From Hydrurus foetidus (lineage: Eukaryota): a stretch of DNA of 32,549 nucleotides. The stretch covers positions 1 to 32,549 of the forward strand of contig UYFQ01000567.1 of NCBI GenBank assembly GCA_900617105.1. Direction: 5' to 3'. Under the pieces are notes generated by a model, which was not told the DNA's origin, searched no databases, and worked only from the letters and a program-made list of their open reading frames with translations. This document shows positions 22,501-32,549 of this stretch, one piece after another. Within the stretch, counting starts at the first letter, position 1. Every line of letters begins with the position of its first letter. Made by a program: the position numbers and the translations under genes.

Positions 22501-24421
22501 TAAACATAATGTCGATTGCCAGCACCTGATCCTTTTGGACTATTTTCGCTTTCACCGATATGTCGGCCGTAGGAGTAGCATGTTTCGTGGTCTTCCCTTT
22601 GATGGAGGCAATGTCCTTCCTCCAAATGGCTTCTGCGATCTCAAAATCTCTCGCCGAGATATCAAAGTTGCTCCCGGAGTTCACGATCGACATCGCTGTC
22701 CCGACGGTCGGGAATCCCATTCTGCCCATTAGCTCGCGCGCCGATCTCGCACGGTTGATTTCCCTCTTTGTCAATGCTTTCAGGTTCTGATTCACTGTGG
22801 TTACCATAGCTGTCTCTGCCTCGACGGTCCTCCAATCACAGGAGTAGAACCTCCCGCCGCTACCAGGTATAGTTTTACGACCGAACTTATACACGTTGCT
22901 GCTCCCCCTTGGTTGTAACGTGAAGACGTCTTCCTCGTGGTCATATCGAATGATTGCTCCTGCATCCACTTGTGTCGCAAAGGATAGGACGTTGGCTGAT
23001 GATTCTCCGCTGTAGAATACTGTTCCAAACTCTCCGAAATCTCCTTCGTTGTCGACTGTAACTCCCCCTCCAGCTTGAATGCCGCTGACTTTGATCGACT
23101 GCTCTGACTTGCGTATCCTAGAGAGCTGATTCTTGTTGCTGAAAATGTTTAATGAGGCTTCGTTGTCGAGAAGTACATCGTACTGTGTGAACATGCACCT
23201 TTCATTCAATGCAACAAGTGCAATCCCCCACTCGCCTTCTCCACTCTCATCGTCACTGTCAGGTTCAGCCTTCGATACGTGGACTTTCTCTCCTTTCGAC
23301 TTTCTGTTGGGACAGTTTCTCGCGTAGTGACCTTTTTCTTCGCAGGTGTAACACTCCACTTCGGTTAGTGGCTTCTTTCTGGTACCTCCGGTTTTCCCGG
23401 CTGCCTTCTCGGTGTCTTTCGACAAGGTGATGTGGACTTCTTCGGTAACGAGTGCGACCCCGGGTGTGTGAGGCGGGTCCTTGGGTGCTCCCCCATCTAT
23501 TCCCTGATAGCGTGAGGCTATGCTGTATGCCCTTGCGAGTGCGCTGGGGTAGGCGTCGGCCTTGTGTCTAGCGGCGTCGTTGTTCATGTCTTGAGTCATT
23601 TTACGGTATCGCTTAGGGTCAAGCTTCCCGAGGAAGTCTAGTGCACGTCGTGAGTCTGTGACTTTGTCGGCTCCGACTGCATCATTAGCTAGCACCTGTT
23701 CGTCGAATCGTGCTTTAAATGTATGTATGAGCTCTCTCTCACCTTGTCTCATCGCACCGTACTTACTCTCTTGTTCGTGCCTGTTCACTTCTTTCATCGG
23801 GTCTGAGTCACCATACATGTGGGTGAGGTGAGTTTTCCGAATGAGTGTCCACAGTAGTACACAGTTCAGTGTCATGTACGCTGTTCTGTACTCCTCCTCT
23901 TCTTTCACTCTGTTCTGTGAGCTCGGCGACATTCTCTTCCACATCATCGGGTAGACGGTACGTTCGCTCTCCTTCTGAGTTTTGAGGTCTCTTTGCCTCT
24001 GGATGTAATCCTCTTCTCGATATTTCGCTCGTGAGCGTTCTGCGGCATTTCGTCGCCTTTCGTTTCGAACCTCCCTCGCGGCGGCTCTTGCTGGTTTACC
24101 CGCGGTGTGCGCTAGGAGTGCCGCTGTCTCAGCAGCTGTAGGTGCAACTACGTGCTCTTGTTCTTCGTCTTCGTCAGCTGGAGCATCTGGCTCCGATTCT
24201 GACATCGAGTCTTCTGACGACGAGGCGTCTGGGTAGTGAAGGATTGTCCTTGGTAGTTCGTATCTCACATCTGTTGTGAAGAACATACCGACTATGCCGC
24301 ATAGTTCTGTGACTATAGTCTGCATACTCTCTCTCCACTTTATAGTGTTGTTGAATTTGCCATATTGAAGGATGCACTCCTCAGTGCTTTTCGAAGCTTC
24401 AACGGCGCGTTTGGGAGGCAT
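19599..24421 (-). CDS. Copia gag-pol polyprotein with one frameshift near 21830
   Basis: CYTCEEKGHYARNC; LLDNEAS; integrase DIMF/SDGEG/IERRIR; RT KARLVAGG, LDKALYG, VHVDDL; RNase H IDAAFG, STEAEL, YQDN, ANMLTKPL. Confidence 0.93.
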
Positions 24422-24446
24422 GACAATGCCAACGCCTGTCAAATTA

Positions 24447-24671
24447 TGTTGGAGAACCTCTTCGTTCCGAGCACCCTAGATCGGAACGTGGACCTGTGGT
24501 CTGGAGGTTCGATTACCAAGGCTTGTGAAATGAGACGCTTGTTGCCAATAATCACTCGTTAGTTTGACTGTGCTGAATCCCTGTCTACAGCCCCGAGTCC
24601 CTTTCAACGCAACAACAAATCAAACCTACACTACACTTGAAGTACGGTGTTCTGCTCAGGCCCATACATCT

Positions 24672-24712
<41 letters not shown>

Positions 24713-24784
24713 TAATCCGTACGTCCGTACGAATGCATAAGTACACATAATGTGTTCGTGTCATGAACTCAGATATATCCAATA
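24447..24784 (-). repeat. Copia 5' LTR (338 bp) containing (CA)18
   Basis: Matches the other LTR except for microsatellite length and about 2 substitutions, one in the terminal dinucleotide. Confidence 0.95.
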
Positions 24785-24786
24785 TA

Positions 24787-25148
24787 CGGGCTGGTAGCGC
24801 CAAGAAGCAGGAATTTTTTTCGTTTTGACACTTCTTTTTTTCTGTCGAACGGTTTCTCATTTGTGATTGCTCAAAAGAACCGAAATCATCTCTGCTACAC
24901 CCCCACGCTTTTCGCTTGTTTTCAAAATTCGTATTTCGTGAACTTTTACCCTTTTTACCCAAAATAGCATGACTTTTGAGCACTATGGTGCACAATAACA
25001 ATTTACCAGCGTATTTAAATGCCAAGCAAATTACACGGCCTTGTATGAACGATTTTTCGACATCTTTCCATCCGTTTAGTTTTTCCTGGAGTGTTCCAGA
25101 AAAAAACATGAAATAAGGAATTTTACGTTTCTTGGCGCTACCAGCCTG
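24787..25148. mobile_element. Tc1/mariner-type MITE (362 bp, TA flanks)
   Basis: TA-CGGGCTGGTAGCGCCAAGAA ... TTCTTGGCGCTACCAGCCTG-TA inverted termini; AT-rich non-coding interior. Confidence 0.85.
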
Positions 25149-25208
25149 TAGTATATGCATGGACCCCGACGGTCAGCGGTATGTGCCCTGGGGGTGCAGA
25201 TCGTGGAC

Positions 25209-27784
25209 TGTTAGATGTTTGGGCTCATAGAGCCATTCATTCATCTATCTCCAACTTGGATAGACCCATGTGCAATTGCGTTGATATGTAAAGCTTCGTT
25301 GCCGTCTTGATTGATGCCGGTGCACAATTTTAATTATCAAGTAATACACACTACAAGTCTACTTTTACGAGCCTTGGGTCACCAGTCGCACGAGTCACAA
25401 AGCATCCGGGCTTCGAGAAATCCCAACGTAATTAAACTAGATCAGCGCATCGAGATGCCGCCGAAGAAATAAGAAGAACCAAAGTTAGCTGTAGAGCAGT
25501 GCATGCTGAGAATCGGACGATACAACAACGTAGTGCAGTGGAGGGAAGACATGCAGAACGAGGCATGCGGCCTGTACGGTATGACAGGCACTTTCTTCAC
25601 CACCAACAAGAGTTACGTCCATCCGTATCCTCGAGAGGAGGATTACAATCCCACCTTTCAAACGGTGGAAATCGATACTGCGACAGCGGGTACCGAAAAT
25701 GAAGACGAGGACGACGACGAATCCGTGAACCTCGAGAATGTCATGATCGGGCCACAGCGCCCACCAGCGCCTCCTGTCGTGTACTCCGAGGAAAAACTAA
25801 GGAAAAACTTTAGGCGCAAAGGAAAAAGTCTCGGGGAAGGGAGCCAAGGGGAAGACTGCAGGAACGAAAAAGAAATCATCGTCAGTGATTTGTTTCGTTT
25901 GTGGAAACACAGGACATTTCGCCAGAGATTGCGAACAACGCAAGGATTCGGAGCATGCAATGCTCACCAATGTCGAGGAGGACATCGAAGAAGATGACGA
26001 GAGCATAGGAGCAGCATTCGTCACGACAGACGAGTTCGTCCTGTTCACTCGTAGTCATGTGCTGCTAGACAACCAGGCGTCTGTGAACATATTTTGCAAT
26101 CCGTCATTGCTGACAGACATTAGAAAATCGCAACATGCGATCCTTCTCAACGGAGTCCAGTCTGAGGCGAAGGGTGTCCGAGTCGACCACGAGGGAGACT
26201 TCGGAGACATCGGGCCTGTTTACTTCAGTCGGGGAGCGACAGCCAACACACTGTCATTCGCGGCGATGGCAGACAGCGGTGCGGACATCAGCTACGAGAG
26301 TGGGTGCTTCAACTTACGGCCCGCCGGCAGCAGGACAACGTACAACTTCAGCAGGCAGAGTCTGCCAGGCTCATCAGGAAGATTCTACGTGTGGGATGCG
26401 AGAAGCGCTGCAGGGCAGGCGCACCAGATGCCGGAGCAAGCACTGGTGACGGCCGTCGAAGACAACATGAGGCGCCTCACAAAGCGCGAGATTGCACAAG
26501 CAGCAGCAGCCAAGGAGCTGCTAGCACTTATGGGTTACCCTCCAGTCAAGATGGCGATCGCGATGATTAGGGGGGGTAACAACTTCAGCGTCTCAGAAGC
26601 AGATTTTCGAAACACTCATTCTATCTAGAGCAAATGTCTCGCCATTCTCTGAGGCAAAACTCACAAGAAATCGTCGCCTGTAGCCGACATTTCTCGGACA
26701 CCTGCACCAGCGCAGCAGCAGCAAGTCTTGAGTGTGGACATTATGTATCTGGAGGCCACAGCAATACTTATCGCCGTTTCAACCCCTCTAGATATGACCC
26801 TCGCCATGAGCCTCATGCGACTCAATACCGAGAAGACCTCTCGAGCTGCTGCAATTGTGAAGCCGGCACTGAATGAAATGATATCCATACTCAAATCCAG
26901 GAACTTCTTAGTGCAGGTCATCATGTCCGACGGCGAAGGTGCAATCGGCAAAATGAGGCTCGATTTGCTGGCACTGGGAATTGAGGTAGATGTCAGCGCA
27001 GCTGGCGGTCACGTCGCTAGGATTGAACGGCGGATTCAGATGGTGAAGGAGCGAGCACGCGCTCACATCAACGGTGGAATTCCATTCACTCCTACCGAAC
27101 TCTGTCTTACCTATCTAGCTCTATACTGCGTCGCCCGCATTAACTGTCAGCAGTCAGGATCAAGGCCCGGGGGTCTGTCGCCAAGGGAATTATTTTCAGG
27201 ACGGAGGGTTGACGGGAACCTGGACTTTCGTGCCGCATACGGGGATTACGCTGTTTGTACCGTACCTAACACGAATAACTCTATGCAATCCAGAACTGAA
27301 GATTGCATTGTCATGCTCCCTACACACAGCAGAACTGGATCGTTCAAGATGCTATCACTGGCTGCAGGCAAGATCGTGACAAGAGACCAATTCAAGATAC
27401 TGCCGATGACACAGTCAGTCATAATGACGCTGAATGCCATGGCAGTCAAAGAAGGGAAGAAAATAACTCAAACCCAACTTCATATGCTTGATGAACAACT
27501 ATTCGCAAAGAGTCTAGACAAATCTAAAATGCCATCCTTCATTACCAACCCCCCACTCAGGATGCCATTGTCGACCCGGTATCGGTGGATTACCAACCCA
27601 CACTCACCGACCTACCATCAGCTGACAGCATTTTCGAGATTCCTCCTTCCGATGTGGGGGGGGTGGATACCAGTCGCAGCCGAAGCCACACCACCATCAG
27701 GCGAAATCGAAATTGCGGCAGTCGAAATCGGAACTGCGGAACTCGAAACAATTGGGATGCACGAACGAGACCTACTCACACCAC
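25209..27784 (+). mobile_element. Degenerate Copia element related to the full-length one (probable 5' LTR 25209-25428, gag with internal deletion, protease, integrase), interrupted by Gypsy C
   Basis: MPPKK* start at 25455 homologous to MPPKR; CFVCGNTGHFARDC; LLDNQAS; DIMY/SDGEG/IERRIQ; in-frame stops at 25470 and 26626. Confidence 0.9.
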
Positions 27785-27992
27785 TGTGGCTCCCTCAGGG
27801 TCTGCTACCCCATTCAGCCGATTAGATGCTGTTTCCACCTTAGTACCTTCGTGTTCACAGCCACGACTATCAGTCACTAGCTAGTTTGTGCTGCTTTGCA
27901 GAAGTTACTAGCGTACCTTCTGCCTTCATCCCTAACTAACTAGCTCCTTTTAGCCTTTAGATTTCCCTTCTCTTTTGCCTTCCAAGGTCACA
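27785..27992 (+). repeat. 5' LTR of Gypsy C (~208 bp, TGTGGC...GGTCACA)
   Basis: Imperfect inverted TG...CA termini at the point where the Copia sequence stops; followed by a boundary palindrome as in A and B. Confidence 0.72.
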
Positions 27993-28085
27993 GTAGATCT
28001 ACTTCCTTTAGTTTCTCTTCTTTAGACCCTATCCTCTCCTACTCTAAGCTACCATCCTCTACACTACCCTGCTGCCCTAACTCAC

Positions 28086-28434
28086 CCGATTATCTGCGTG
28101 GAGAATCTCGAATTTTATTCGAAATTCTCGTTTACGAGCAATTCTTACTATCGCGAGCAAGTCTCCGAAGTCTGGTCGCCGTAAACATAGTCACTCGGTA
28201 TCTCCCGATACTTGACTATTTCGTGGTTGCTTGAGTTTCATCTCAACAATCCCATACCGATTACCTGCGTGGAGAATCTCGAATTTCATTCGACATTCTC
28301 GTTTGCGAGCAATTCTTACTATCGCGAGCAAGTCTCCGAAGTCTGGTTGCCGTAAACTTAGTCACTCGGGTTGAGATTTCTCTCCCGATACTTGACTGTC
28401 TTGTGGTTGCTTGAGTGTCATCTCAGCAAACCCA
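28086..28434. repeat. Tandem duplication (~170-180 bp unit) in the Gypsy C leader
   Basis: Two copies of ccgatta.ctgcgtggagaatctcgaattt...cgagcaattcttactatcgcgagcaagtctccgaagtctgg...catctca. Confidence 0.92.
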
Positions 28435-28734
28435 AATTTTTGTGCAGAGTTAACTCCGTTAACTTCTGCCCATCTCTCGCCGCAAGCTTTGCTTGGCTGA
28501 CGTCCGTGGATAGCTTTGTCTTCCACGCCGTTCTCGTTATTGGTCGAGCAAGTCTCCCAATCCCGACTTATTTTGTACGGATTGATTCACTCATCCGTCC
28601 AGAACCTGCTTGACTTATTGTGCTTCGCCTAATCGCCTGTTTGATTTTCATCCAAACGGCACGAGGCGAAGCCCTTGCAAAATTTTTTTGGCGACCCCGC
28701 TATTTAAAATTGTCAAGACATAAGTCATCTAACG

Positions 28735-31700
28735 ATGCCGTTATCCGATGACTCTTCGGAGATATCGCCGTCGCTCGCCGAATTAACCACTCAATTAATT
28801 CCGGCAGCGACGACTGTTTCAAAAACTCAGTCGACACCAACACCGCCGACAGCAGTAGCTGCGTCTGATGGAACTGATCGACCGGTATTCCCAGTAACAA
28901 TACTGGGACCTACCAACAGTTCCAATCAGGCGCCGCCTAATCGTCATATCGACGACGACGACGACGTTCACACAACGCGACAACATGACAATGTCACGTT
29001 GCGTTCGTCAGACGCTAACCGTCAACAAACACGCCATAATGGCAACCCTGACCGGGATGATGACGACGGCGATACTAACCCTCGCCGCCGTATAGATTCA
29101 CCCCCGCAACGATATCTCCGTCGTCGGGGCCTCGACAGTTACGACAACTCAACTCGTCGGAATAACCCCGTCGAAGGAGATGCAACGGGCGACTATCCGC
29201 CCACTCCGAATCAACAGAGTGGCAGCGAAGACGGTGATGACGGTAATCGTTACGATAACCGTCAACGCCACGATCCTAACCAACGTCAATACAATGACGA
29301 TAATCGCAACAACAACGATTATCGACGTTCTAATGATGACAATCAAGGTCACAACGACAGTCGTCGTAACTACGATGACTCCAACCCTCCCAGGGACAAC
29401 CGTAATACGGGCCCTCCATACGGTACGGAGCACCGTAACGACGTTCGTTACGATAACGAGGGACGTCAATATAACGATGATCGCCGCAATGACAACCAAC
29501 GTCAAAGCGATAATCGTCGTTATAACGACAATTACCGTCAGAATGACGACAACCACGACTACGACAACGATGGTCGTCGCGGCTACGACACCCCATTCAA
29601 CGACGACAACAGACGTCAATACGACGATCGACGCAACAGCGACAATCGTCGCAACGACGACAACCCACGTCAGAATGACGGGCGTCGCGATCACGACTAT
29701 CGCCAACAAGACGACAACCCTAACAGGGATAATCGCAGAGACACTTTCCAACGTCACAACGATAACCCCCAAAGGGATAATCGTAATTACGAGGATTCTC
29801 GTCGTAATGACAACCCAAACAGGGGAAATTATTCGACTAACACTCGCAGTTTCGATAATTCTCGCGACGACAACAACGACAGTTTCCGTCAGGGAGACAA
29901 CAACCCCAATAGGAGAAGTCGTCGAGAACCTCCACAGGGTTACGATGACAGTCCCCCAAGGGATTATCCTCAAGGAGACAATCGTCGCCAACAGGATACC
30001 TCCAACCGGGGCAACCGTAATACTGACGGTCGTCAGTACAACGACAACCAGTACGAGGACGAACGTGCGACTCCACGGGCAACCGTACGCGTTACCGACA
30101 ACTCTCGACTACTCGAGAGTCGCGATACGCGCATCCCCGAAAATGTGGAGACAATAACCCGCACAGCGGACGTTCCTCGCAAACGCGCGTCACCTCCACA
30201 AGAGGGTCCCATATCACGCAAGCGACAAGCTTCCCCACCAGGGTCACCGGAACGGCCTACATACGTACGTACGTTCACCGGTGACACGGATTACAACCCA
30301 CAACCCCAACGAGTCATCCAGGAGATCCCACGGGAAATTCGGGTTCCTAACCCACTCCCCTTGGATCCTCCAGAAATCGTGATACTGCCTGCAACAGCTC
30401 GCGTAATCGATTACGAGCAGCAAACAGCAGCATTCCGAGCTGCAGGGGGCGGTCCCGACCCCAATGCAGCGCACCCGGTACGACCACCGATACCACGGTA
30501 CATACACGATCGTACGTCACCGATCAACGTACCCGCGGTACAGTTTGCCACACCCAATGCGGCACCTACAGCGCTTGTAGTGGGTGGCCGTGCTGTGGAC
30601 GATGGTTCCCGACCCATCTCCGCTATTGCTTTGCAAACGGTGCTTTACGTTCTCAACGTAAATGCGTCAGGCATTATTGGACAAGAGGCAGCACGGGAGT
30701 TTTTCGAACACTCCCAGAGGTGGACCAACAACTACGATGTTGGTCAAGTCATCTCGACTAAAGCAGTCAGGTGTATCGATGATCAGATCCATACGGATCA
30801 AGATTATCCATATGCGGAAGAGACACGTAAAGTGTGGCTCCAGACGCTGACGGTCCCTCAAGTAGCACAATTAGTCCTGCGCTACTTTCGCGCGGACACA
30901 CAGCTAGGACAGTCACTAGCTGAGCATTTCTCGGAAGTCCATCTCGCCTTTTGCTACAACAAAAGGGAGATTGAGATGCGCTGCATGACACAGTTTCGTG
31001 AGGTGGTGGAGAACCATGTACAAGTACATGGCCCACTCAGCACCTCCGACCATGCTGCACTCACTCTCATCTTCGAGAAAAAGATGCCTCTTAACGGTGC
31101 CATCACCGCCAAATACAAAGAGCATAAACGCGTCAATCCCGCATGACGTGGACGATTGGGAATTCGCGATGCGTCGCTTTTTCTCCCAAGTCAATGCGGT
31201 ACGCCAACTTCAGCTACACGTAGCGGCTTTTGGGGACCCCAACGACATTTATTGTCACCCCGCTACCCAAAACCCATACGGGTTGTCTCTCACGACGAAC
31301 CCCAAAACCCTGTTGGTTGGTGCGGCACTCCCAGCTTTACCACCGCTGGCACTGCCAACAACACCACTCCGACAGTGTAACTCGTGTGGACATATGGACC
31401 ATCTGCTGAAAAATTGCCCACACATGTGGATGGTGGATTCAAACACCAACCACAATGTTCCGTGGGACCACTCCAACATGGGTCGCACGTGGGCACAATA
31501 CGGTCATGCGACCTACCCTATCAATGATCGCATCCCTGGTCTGGGCCGCTTTAAAATCCACATACCCCGTCGTGAAACAAATTTCACTGATGAGGTACTG
31601 AATAAAACTCAGCCCCCAGGGGGTGGTCAAAGAAAAAATACCAAGGGAACCCCAATCATGGGGGAACTATAATCGAGGTCCACCAACAAACCGCGATACG

Positions 31701-32044
31701 GTTCTGGTGGACAAAACACCACGTTGGCCAACAACACCTCCATCAACGCAACCCACAGTGGTCTACCGCCCGCAGCCGCATATGATGGTACGTTACCTCA
31801 TGTCACGGTGGTGGAGTCCTTGGTAGTGGCGATACATGCTACTAACACATGTACACCTACCGATACACCACCACCTTTATGTATACTCAACTCTGATATA
31901 CTTGTAACGAATACATTGGAGGTCTCAACCCCTCCAATACAGTATCGGATAACACTAACAATGTTCTTCCACATGTCTTCACGTGTTACAGCCACCCCAT
32001 ACCTCCCTGCCTCTAATCTCGGAGGTGCTGGCGGCATGCCATAA
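28735..32044 (+). CDS. gag: Gag of Gypsy C with a long N/D/R/Q-rich disordered region; frameshifts near 31140 and 31650-31700
   Basis: 803-aa ORF continuing in ORF 30998-31672 (knuckle) and ORF 31724-32044. Confidence 0.72.
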
Positions 32045-32054
32045 CCAGACCGAC

Positions 32055-32549
32055 ATGTCGGCAATACCGCTCATAGGTACGTTACCGTCTGACTCACTTG
32101 TAGCAGCGGTACACTCAACACATCCTAATGAACTTCTTTCATTATTGGTGTTCAAGGATGAACGAAGAACCTTGCAGGGACACGCCCCCACCACAGTCGC
32201 GTCAGCACCCAGGTCCACGGGACTTAGTCTTACAGCGCACGCGCTCCTAGACACGGGTAGCATGGCCGGCGATTTTGTTTCCAAATCACTGCTTGTCTCA
32301 CTTGATGCACTTGCTCATTGTTATGTGTCTTCAACAGCACTTAACGTTTGTAGCGGTCTTGATGGAACTTGTTATAGGTGTAATACCTTAGTCGATTTAG
32401 GCCTTACTTTTTTCGATGATAGTAATATTAAGCACACTATCTATATCACTTTTAGTGTTAATCCTTTTGCACAATTGGATCTGATCATCGGACGCAAGTC
32501 CCTGAATCAACACAACTTGTTTGTGCTGACGCCGAAACGTATGGGCTTA
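32055..32549 (+). CDS. pol: Aspartic protease region of Gypsy C pol (open to window end; absent from the ORF track)
   Basis: Manual translation: MSAIPLIGTLP...AHALLDTGSMAGDFVSK...VCSGLDGTC...LDLIIGRKSLNQHNLF. Confidence 0.88.
   Translation, partial: MSAIPLIGTLPSDSLVAAVHSTHPNELLSLLVFKDERRTLQGHAPTTVASAPRSTGLSLTAHALLDTGSMAGDFVSKSLLVSLDALAHCYVSSTALNVCSGLDGTCYRCNTLVDLGLTFFDDSNIKHTIYITFSVNPFAQLDLIIGRKSLNQHNLFVLTPKRMGL

Larger units (their letters stand above)
27785..32549 (+). mobile_element. Ty3/Gypsy-type LTR retrotransposon C (5' LTR, long leader, gag, protease; continues beyond window end)
   Basis: Knuckle CNSCGHMDHLLKNC; protease ALLDTGSMAGDFV, VCSGLD and DLIIGRK, homologous to A and B. Confidence 0.88.

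Noticed and set aside
29149..30157. Long overlapping ORFs 29149-29991 (-) and 29180-30157 (+)
   Set aside because: Stop-free shadow frames of the repetitive GAC/AAC/CGT-rich gag tract (poly-Val and poly-Thr).

Overview
Eukaryotic genomic window with short spliceosomal introns (64-134 nt); a stramenopile-like protist is a guess. A small island of three host genes (multi-pass membrane protein, SCP/CTDSP-type HAD phosphatase, PPC/UPF0669-like protein) lies between two stacks of nested transposons. Left stack: Ty3/Gypsy element A (1-3640) inside the RT of Gypsy B (3641-6598), inside a MULE-like fragment. Next come a complete Harbinger (7384-12835, AAT TSD) carrying a two-gene pogo/IS630-like element (8934-11495, 108-bp TIRs) and a 193-bp foldback MITE. 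Right stack: a full-length Copia (19113-24784, TACGG TSD) inserted in a Tc1/mariner-type MITE terminus, a decayed related Copia, and Gypsy C (27785-end) inserted in it. Three observations stand out. (1) All three divergent Gypsy elements lack a tRNA primer-binding site and carry a different perfect 12-bp palindrome at the 5' LTR boundary. (2) All three have a predicted phase-1 intron just upstream of the protease; splicing would end Gag and retention would give Gag-Pol. (3) The pogo-like element encodes a convergent stand-alone paralog of its transposase DNA-binding domain and has an apparent 4-bp TSD. Many frameshifts fall in homopolymers and may be assembly errors.
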